Positions 8,952 through 17,816 of a stretch of 26,496 nucleotides of DNA are shown piece by piece; within the stretch, counting starts at the first letter, position 1, and each line of letters opens with the position of its first letter. The notes under the pieces are model-generated. The model was not told the DNA's origin and ran no database searches. It saw nothing but the letters and a program-made list of their open reading frames with translations. The translations under genes were made by a program, and so were the position numbers. This stretch comes from Okeania sp. (GTDB taxonomy: Bacteria > Cyanobacteriota > Cyanobacteriia > Cyanobacteriales > Microcoleaceae), in NCBI RefSeq assembly GCF_035285525.1, contig NZ_JAYKGW010000136.1, positions 1-26,496 of the forward strand, read 5' to 3'.

Positions 8952-11156
8952 ATGTTAAAAATTATCTTATTAACTCCTAGCACATTGATAATTATTTGCC
9001 TATTAGCTAATCAAGCTATATCCGAAACTATAACTATAAATAAAAATAAATCATTCAGCAAAACTTCTTCAGGACTCACCCATAAATCTGGTTTATTAAC
9101 TAAATTTCCCAATTTTAAAAATAATAAACATAATCAACCTACTTTATCAGTTGATTCGTGTAAATTTTGTTCATTAACAACCGAGAAAAAAAATATTTCC
9201 GCACTCAAAAAATCTAAATTTAGATCATCTAAGTTAACTTCTGAAAATAAGGCAAAAGCCAAGAAAAAAATTAATCCCAAAATTTTAATATCTCAAATAA
9301 AAAAAATAGAACAGATAAAATTAATTGCAGATTCAAAAACCTATCCTCAACCAAAACATATTCCACAAATACAAACACCAAAACTAACTGAAACCTTACC
9401 CCATAGTCAACAAATACTTACTTCCCCTAAACTAATCAATACTTTAACCAAAACCCCATCAACCTATGCCCAAAATACTCAAACCAATCCATCAGTAAGA
9501 CCAAACTTACCAGAAAACCCCCGACCAGAGCCAAATCGCGATCGCTTTCTCCAACCCCTTCCCCAACCAACCGAACCAGAAACCCCCAAAAAAGAGGAAC
9601 TAGAAAAACCACCATCTCCCCAACCTCTTCCAGATGAACCAGCTCAACAGATTCCTGTCCAGAAAATTTTAATATTAGGAAGTACAATTTTAACCCCAGA
9701 AGAAATTAATACCCTCGTTAGGCCATTAGAAGGACGTTCAGTCACCTTATCAGAACTTAGACAAGTAGCAGATAAAATTACCGAAATCTATCTAGAACGT
9801 GGCTATATAACCTCCAGAGCATTTTTACCTCCTCAAACCATCACAGAAGGAACCGTTGAAATTCAAGTTATAGAAGGCATTTTAGGAGAAATCCAAATTG
9901 AAGGGACAAAAAGACTAAGGGACTCCTATATCAAAAGTCGCATCCAACTTGGGGGCAGAAAACCATTAGACACTGCTAAACTAGAAAATCAGCTACGGTT
10001 GCTTCGGTTTAATCCTTTATTTGAAAATATTGAAGCTAGTTTACGAGCTGGAGAACAACCAGGAGAAAGTATTCTCATTGTTCGAGTTACAGAAACAAAT
10101 CCTCTGGAATTGAGTATAAATATTGATAATTATTCTCCTCCTACCGTTGGTTCCGAAAGAGCTGGTTGGACTGCCCTACATCGTAACTTAACTGGGCGGG
10201 GTGATTTTTTGGTAGTATCTTACAATACTACTAGGCTTTTTAACGATGAATCAGATGTCTTTGACTTTATCTATAGTTTGCCTATTAATGCCATGAATGG
10301 TACTTTGCAGGCAAGAGTCGCACCAAATAGTAATAGAATTGGTCAAACTTTTGATAATTTGGATATTAGTGGCACAACAGATGTATACGAGCTTAGTTAC
10401 CGTCAACCTATATTGAGAAGTCCCAGAGAAGAATTAGCTTTGTCTTTGGGTTTGAGTTATCAGCAGACAAAAACTTTCCTTAATGATGAACTTTTTAATT
10501 TTTCTAACCCAGATGACGCTCAGGATGATGGTATTAATACTACTACTGTGATTAGACTGGGACAAGATTATATTCGTCGAGATTCTCAGGGTGCTTGGGC
10601 CCTGCGATCGCAATTCAATATTGGTACTGGTTTATTTGATGCTACTGTCAGACAAGACCCAGAACCTGATGGACATTTCTTTAGTTGGTTAGGCCAAGTC
10701 CAAAGAATCCAGAGATTAAGTCGTAATCATTTATTAATTGTCCAGGGAGATTTGCAATTGTCCTCAACTCCTGTATTACCGTATCAACAATTTATTATTG
10801 GTGGTGGTTTATCGTTACGGGGCTATCGTCAAAATATTAGGTCTGGAGATAATGGTTTTCGGTTTTCTATTGAGGACAGAATTACGGTTTATCGGGATGA
10901 GTCTGGTTTGCCATTGATACAGCTTACTCCTTTTATAGATATTGGAGCTGTCTGGAATGATGGTAATAATCCTAATAATGAGTTTCAACCAGACCAAAGA
11001 TTTTTGGCTGGAACTGGAGTAGGTTTAATTTGGCAACCTTTGCCAGAGGTTGATTTGCGTTTGGACTATGCTTTTCCTCTGGTAAATCTTGATGATCGTG
11101 GCAATAATGCTCAAGATTCTGGATTTTATTTTAGTGTAATTGTGAGACCTTTCTAA
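8952..11156 (+). CDS. ShlB/FhaC/HecB-family two-partner-secretion (TpsB) outer-membrane transporter
   Basis: 734 aa. It has a signal-peptide-like N-terminus, then a K/S/T/P-rich linker of about 210 aa. A POTRA-like segment follows (ILGSTILTPEEINTLVRPLEGRSVTLSELRQVADKITEIYLERGYITSRAFLPPQ...IQVIEG). The C-terminus is a beta-barrel with alternating-pattern strands, ending ...GFYFSVIVRPF. Confidence 0.85.
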   Translation: MLKIILLTPSTLIIICLLANQAISETITINKNKSFSKTSSGLTHKSGLLTKFPNFKNNKHNQPTLSVDSCKFCSLTTEKKNISALKKSKFRSSKLTSENKAKAKKKINPKILISQIKKIEQIKLIADSKTYPQPKHIPQIQTPKLTETLPHSQQILTSPKLINTLTKTPSTYAQNTQTNPSVRPNLPENPRPEPNRDRFLQPLPQPTEPETPKKEELEKPPSPQPLPDEPAQQIPVQKILILGSTILTPEEINTLVRPLEGRSVTLSELRQVADKITEIYLERGYITSRAFLPPQTITEGTVEIQVIEGILGEIQIEGTKRLRDSYIKSRIQLGGRKPLDTAKLENQLRLLRFNPLFENIEASLRAGEQPGESILIVRVTETNPLELSINIDNYSPPTVGSERAGWTALHRNLTGRGDFLVVSYNTTRLFNDESDVFDFIYSLPINAMNGTLQARVAPNSNRIGQTFDNLDISGTTDVYELSYRQPILRSPREELALSLGLSYQQTKTFLNDELFNFSNPDDAQDDGINTTTVIRLGQDYIRRDSQGAWALRSQFNIGTGLFDATVRQDPEPDGHFFSWLGQVQRIQRLSRNHLLIVQGDLQLSSTPVLPYQQFIIGGGLSLRGYRQNIRSGDNGFRFSIEDRITVYRDESGLPLIQLTPFIDIGAVWNDGNNPNNEFQPDQRFLAGTGVGLIWQPLPEVDLRLDYAFPLVNLDDRGNNAQDSGFYFSVIVRPF

Positions 11157-11160
11157 TTTA

Positions 11161-11230
11161 AGTCAAAAGTCAAAAGTCAAAAGTCAAAAGTCAAAAGTCA
11201 AAAGTCAAAAGTCAAAAGTCAAAAGTCAAA
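11161..11230. repeat. Heptamer tandem array (AGTCAAA) x10
   Basis: A perfect period-7 run begins 5 nt after the TpsB stop codon. Confidence 0.95.
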
Positions 11231-12103
11231 AGTTAAGTAGGGTGTGTTAGCGATAGCGTAACGCACCAGCAAATCAAAAATGGTCCAGTAGGGTGTGTTA
11301 GTAGATTTTTGTTGGGTTGAGGAACGAAACCCAACCTACGTTTATTCCACTAATTTTGACTTTGGAATTATTTTTTTTGTTGTAAAAATTAACCTTGACT
11401 GATTATTCTCCTCAATAATTGAATTTATGACAAGCCCATAATTCAATACTCAAATTCAACTCAATATCAATTTGAGCCTCAAAGTATTTGATAGCTTAGA
11501 TTTCAGCAGCAAAATTTTTTCTTAATATATGATTTTATCAATTTTTTTTAATATTGTAACTATTTAATAATAATAAAATAAATAAAAATTTTAATAATGA
11601 TAAAATTTAGATTAATTATTACTATCAGCTCAAAAAATAAACTTTAAAATCAATCAAAATAAAATAATCACTCTTAGACCAGTTTATAAAATTTGACCCT
11701 CTTTCTTTTTCTATTGAAGTTAGACAATAATCTCAATTGAGGAGGCAAAAAAAATGGCTACAGGAAATTAGAAATCAGAAATCTAAAGTAATCTCTGACC
11801 TGAAAATCAGGTTTCAAGCCTATCCATTCCAGGATTTACTGATAACTAATAACTGAAATGCCTTATTTAACCGGGGCTGGCTGATTAAATATAAAAGTCT
11901 TTATATATAAAGGTTTTAGGCTTTTTAGGTGGTAAAAAAGTACGCTGGTTTTGGCTCATGAAAACTGCTCAAGTGAGTATTTGGGTAAAACAAAAGCGCC
12001 CAAGTCAGGGGATAATTTTTCCGATTTATCGGGAACCGTGTATGTCTTCTACAACTCCTTATTCCTCTTGACTCTGTAAGGACGTTGCATAAGGACGTCC
12101 CTA

Positions 12104-12159
12104 CTACTCCCTACTCCCTACTCCCTACTCCCTACTCCCTACTCCCTACTCCCTACTCC
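12104..12159. repeat. Heptamer tandem array (CTACTCC) x8
   Basis: A perfect period-7 run ends 67 nt upstream of the chlL start. A two-copy remnant lies at about 17787..17803. Confidence 0.95.
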
Positions 12160-12226
12160 CTCCCTGCCTTAGCAGAAAGACAATTAAAGCGCAAACCCTA
12201 CCTAGATAATTATTAGGAGAAAAAAA

Positions 12227-13093
12227 GTGAAACTATCAGTATACGGAAAAGGTGGAATTGGTAAATCTACAACAAGCTGCAATATCTCAGTTGCCCTAGC
12301 CAAACGTGGTAAAAAAGTTCTACAAATCGGTTGTGACCCCAAACACGACAGTACATTTACCCTGACAGGATTTCTAATTCCCACAATTATTGACACCTTG
12401 CAAGAAAAAGACTATCATTATGAAGACATTTGGCCAGAAGATGTCATCTATAAAGGCTATGGCGGTGTAGACTGTGTAGAAGCAGGTGGACCTCCCGCTG
12501 GAGCAGGTTGTGGTGGCTATGTTGTTGGGGAAACAGTAAAACTACTCAAAGAATTAAACGCCTTTGACGAATATGACGTAATTCTATTCGACGTATTGGG
12601 CGACGTAGTTTGTGGAGGTTTTGCCGCCCCACTAAACTATTCCGACTACTGCATGATAGTTACAGACAATGGTTTTGATGCCCTATTTGCAGCGAACCGG
12701 ATAGCCGCTTCTGTACGAGAAAAAGCTCGTACCCACCCCCTACGTTTAGCTGGCCTCATCGGCAACCGTACATCAAAACGTGATTTAATCAATAAATATG
12801 TAGAAGCCGTACCAATGCCAGTATTAGAAGTTCTCCCACTAATTGAAGATATTCGAGTCTCTCGTGTTAAAGGCAAAACCCTCTTTGAAATGGCCGAAAC
12901 CGATCCTTCTCTACAATATGTTTGTAACTATTACCTAAATATCGCCGACCAAATTTTGGCATTGCCAGAAGGAGTAGTACCCAACGAATCTCCAGATCGG
13001 GATTTATTCTCTTTGTTATCTGACTTCTACTTAAATCCCAGTCAAACTCAAGTTAAGTTGGAGGATGAAGAGCTAGACTTAATGATGGTTTAA
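12227..13093 (+). CDS. chlL: Light-independent protochlorophyllide reductase, iron-sulfur ATP-binding subunit
   Basis: GTG start with AGGAG 8 nt upstream. It has a NifH-like P-loop ([14 protein letters not shown]), the cluster cysteines ([15 protein letters not shown]) and typical ChlL sequence throughout. Confidence 0.97.
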   Translation: MKLSVYGKGGIGKSTTSCNISVALAKRGKKVLQIGCDPKHDSTFTLTGFLIPTIIDTLQEKDYHYEDIWPEDVIYKGYGGVDCVEAGGPPAGAGCGGYVVGETVKLLKELNAFDEYDVILFDVLGDVVCGGFAAPLNYSDYCMIVTDNGFDALFAANRIAASVREKARTHPLRLAGLIGNRTSKRDLINKYVEAVPMPVLEVLPLIEDIRVSRVKGKTLFEMAETDPSLQYVCNYYLNIADQILALPEGVVPNESPDRDLFSLLSDFYLNPSQTQVKLEDEELDLMMV

Positions 13094-13131
13094 TAGATTT
13101 AGCCGTTCTCAGGATAAGGAATACAAAAATC

Positions 13132-14628
13132 ATGGTTTTCTTTAAACAACTATCAACGTCCCTCAAACAAAAATGGTTAGAGTATTACCAAAAAAACCGC
13201 CCTTGGTTAATACTCCACATGACAGAACAAAATACAGTCCAAACTCCCGATGGAGGTAGGAGACCCGTATCATACCTTATCCTGGGAATTCTCAATGCCC
13301 TGGATCCAGAATTAGAAGCGCTAATGTTGCCTTTCTCTAAGCTCAAGGCCGATGCAGATAGTTTAATAGAGGTTTTAGAGTTAAATTTTGACCCTGACAT
13401 TGCCATAGGGAAAAAATCAGGTTCTTCCCCAGATAAGTCAACATCTATAGGTCAGACAAGTGAAGATTCTCACGAGTCACCAGGAGCAGATCAGCCAATT
13501 ATGCCAGATATCATTGAAGATTCTGATGATTTGGGTACTGCTGCTGCTGCTGCGATTACTGGAGCTGCTGCTGTGGCTGGAGGAGTAGCATTGGCAGCAG
13601 GATTAGATCAAAATGGCAATGATTTATCTGTTGATGACCAAGATGAATCAGATTTGGCACTGGAAAGTGATGATGAGTTGATTTTAGATTCTGGCTCAGA
13701 AGTTGAGGATGATTTGGAATTAGATATGGTTCCCGATCAATCGGATTCAGAAACAGATGATGATTTTAATTTGGAATTAGATACGGTTCCCGATCAATCA
13801 GATTCCGATTCAGAAATAGATGATGATTTTAATTTGGAATTAGATTCAGATTCAGATTCAGAAATAGATGATGATTTTAATTTGGAATTAGATTCAGATT
13901 CAGATTCAGAAACAGATGATGATTTGAATTTGGAATTAGATTCAGATTCAGATTCAGAAACAGATGATGATTTGAATTTGGAATTAGATTCAGATTCAGA
14001 AACAGATGATGATTTGAATTTGGAATTAGATTCAGATTCAGAAACAGATGATGACTTAGATTTGGAATTAGAATCAGACTCAGAAACAGATGATGACTTA
14101 GATTTGGATATAGAATCAGCAGCAGATGAGTTAGATATGGCAGCAGATTCTGGCTCAGAAATAAATGATGAGTTGGAATTGAATATAGAATCAGAACCAG
14201 ATGATTTAGATTTGGAATTAGATATGGTTCCCGATCAATCAGATTCAGAAGCAGATGATGATTTGAGTAGTATTGACCTTGATGATTTAGGTGACAATCA
14301 GTCTGATGATCTTGATATAGATGCCAATGGCTCTAATTTTCTGGCAGAAGATATTCCCGATCCATTCGAGGATACATCAGCTAAGTTACATGAGTCAGGA
14401 TTGGATGATCTTGGTGATGATGATATAGATTTATTTGGTCAAGATTCCTCAGATGAAATTGGCGATCTAGATCTCAGCGACTTAGGAGATGATTTGTCTT
14501 CTGATGACTTAGAAGACTTAGATATTGACTTGGATGGAGAAGATTTGAGTTTAGATGAAGCCGATCTAGATTCTTTAGCAGGAGATAAAAAGTCTTCTCA
14601 AGATGATCTTGAAGGATTGTTGGGTTAA
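13132..14628 (+). CDS. Hyper-acidic tandem-repeat protein with a conserved-looking N-terminal domain (DUF5331-like, by recollection) and an Ala-rich hydrophobic segment
   Basis: 498-aa ORF starting 38 nt after chlL. The first 95 aa or so are non-repetitive (KQKWLEYYQKNRPWLILHM...). The segment LGTAAAAAITGAAAVAGGVALAAGL is at 13531..13605. The remaining 340 aa or so are dominated by D/E/S with LELDSDSETDDDLN-type repeats. Confidence 0.8.
   Translation: MVFFKQLSTSLKQKWLEYYQKNRPWLILHMTEQNTVQTPDGGRRPVSYLILGILNALDPELEALMLPFSKLKADADSLIEVLELNFDPDIAIGKKSGSSPDKSTSIGQTSEDSHESPGADQPIMPDIIEDSDDLGTAAAAAITGAAAVAGGVALAAGLDQNGNDLSVDDQDESDLALESDDELILDSGSEVEDDLELDMVPDQSDSETDDDFNLELDTVPDQSDSDSEIDDDFNLELDSDSDSEIDDDFNLELDSDSDSETDDDLNLELDSDSDSETDDDLNLELDSDSETDDDLNLELDSDSETDDDLDLELESDSETDDDLDLDIESAADELDMAADSGSEINDELELNIESEPDDLDLELDMVPDQSDSEADDDLSSIDLDDLGDNQSDDLDIDANGSNFLAEDIPDPFEDTSAKLHESGLDDLGDDDIDLFGQDSSDEIGDLDLSDLGDDLSSDDLEDLDIDLDGEDLSLDEADLDSLAGDKKSSQDDLEGLLG
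13714..14103 (+). repeat. In-frame coding minisatellite of eight contiguous units
   Basis: Units start at 13714, 13771, 13834, 13882, 13930, 13978, 14020 and 14062, each beginning TTGGAATTAGA. Their lengths are 57, 63, 48, 48, 48, 42, 42 and 42 nt. A related unit lies at about 14213..14270. Confidence 0.9.
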
Positions 14629-15031
14629 GTACCAAGAATACTAATTCTGTAAGCATTTCCTGCGGAATGCTGCCAAAACAGCCATTAGCAGTCAGCCAAC
14701 CTCCTGCGGAGGAACTGCCTCTTGCAGAGGAGCTGCCTCTTTCATCCGAAAATATAAGGAACCGGGAAGATGTCCCCATACAAAAAACTATTAAAATCTC
14801 AAGCTCATTTATGCAATGCCATTATAAAAATAGCTAATACAGGACTTACGCAAAGGTACTATATATAGTGTGTCGGTGCGTTGTCGTTGTACGCTAAAAC
14901 ACCCTACTAGACCCTTTCACCTTAAAATGGTGCATTAGAAAATGGGGAGATGGGATGATGGGGGGATGGGGGGATGGGGTGACGAAAAAAGCTATTGCAC
15001 TATTTTAGGTGAAATAATGCACTACCAATAG

Positions 15032-16843
<1,812 letters not shown>

Positions 16844-16936
16844 TTAATGGATTTTTAGTGGGTTTTACTAATGGATAATTGATAATTGATAATTTGAGAT
16901 AGTTTTCATTATTGATTATCCATTAATTAATAGATA

Positions 16937-17151
16937 TACTAATTTTTTAGGAGTCGGAAACTAAAAGAAAGCTGAGATTTTATAGGCAAATCTAGTCAGT
17001 CGAAAAATTCTGATAATTTTGCCAATAAATATTTTCACATCGAGTTAGACAAATACTCTGGGTTAGTTTTGAGAATTTACTGATTTAGATTTCAGGCAGA
17101 TAGGAGATGATAATTTTCTGATTCTACTAATTTTTTAGGAGTCGGAAACTA
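16937..17151 (+). repeat. Two identical 27-nt copies of TACTAATTTTTTAGGAGTCGGAAACTA, 188 bp apart
   Basis: Copies at 16937..16963 and 17125..17151. The second is followed directly by ATG and a 13-codon micro-ORF (MINDPRKLNLTHY). Confidence 0.85.
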
Positions 17152-17816
17152 TGATCAATGACCCTCGAAAATTAAATCTTACTCATTATTAATAGATTTA
17201 GAACCAAGCTCTGTACTCAAATACCTCTAAACTGTCTAAATATAATTTCTACTAATCTATAGAAGCTTTAACATTGTTTTTGTTAATAAAAAAAATCCTA
17301 TTTTTTCTGAATTATTACAAAATATTTCACGAGCTTGCGTTGTTTCATGGATTTGTATCATACTGATACATTAAGGTATGATGCCAATGTTCTGTTTAAA
17401 ATCAAAATTACTTCTTTAAAATAAACCTACAATCAAGTATTTACGTTAAAACTATTCTAGATATTGAGATTTGTCACTAGGTGGCTAGAAGCTGAAAAAA
17501 ACAAATTTTGCAGAAGTAAAAATACCTAAGTAATTATAGGCATTGACAAAATATTACAAATAGTGTAAAAAACTGAGCTACTGATTAAATCTCAAAAAAA
17601 TTACAGATAAAGGCAAGTGTCTTTTTCGGTCGGGAAAAAGTACCTGGTTTTTAGCTTTTCATGCACGATTCCCGAAAAATAGGATTTTGGATAAACAAGA
17701 ACGGAAAAATGAAGGTAAAATTATTACCCCTACCTTATCTCTCTTCCTACCCTCCCACACTCTGCTTTTTTCAGCAAACCCTAACTACTCCCTACTCCCT
17801 ACCTTAAAAAGACTTT

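Noticed and set aside
9436-14779. Antisense or overlapping ORFs within the TpsB gene, chlL and the acidic-protein gene (9436..9687, 10815..10997, 12202..12396, 12646..12876, 13185..13406, 14474..14779)
   Set aside because: They lie opposite strongly supported genes or run into repeat DNA. The peptides are low-complexity or Arg/Ser-rich in the way typical of antisense frames.
16869-16925. An 11-bp perfect inverted repeat TAATGGATAAT / ATTATCCATTA after chlN, as a terminator
   Set aside because: It is very AT-rich, has a 35-nt loop containing TGATAAT heptamers, and has no trailing T-run. It is more likely part of the repeat landscape than an efficient intrinsic terminator.
16937-17151. CRISPR array, considered because the 27-mer ends in GGAAAC
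   Set aside because: There are only two copies, the spacing is 161 nt rather than 30-45 nt, there are no further repeats, and no cas genes are in the window.
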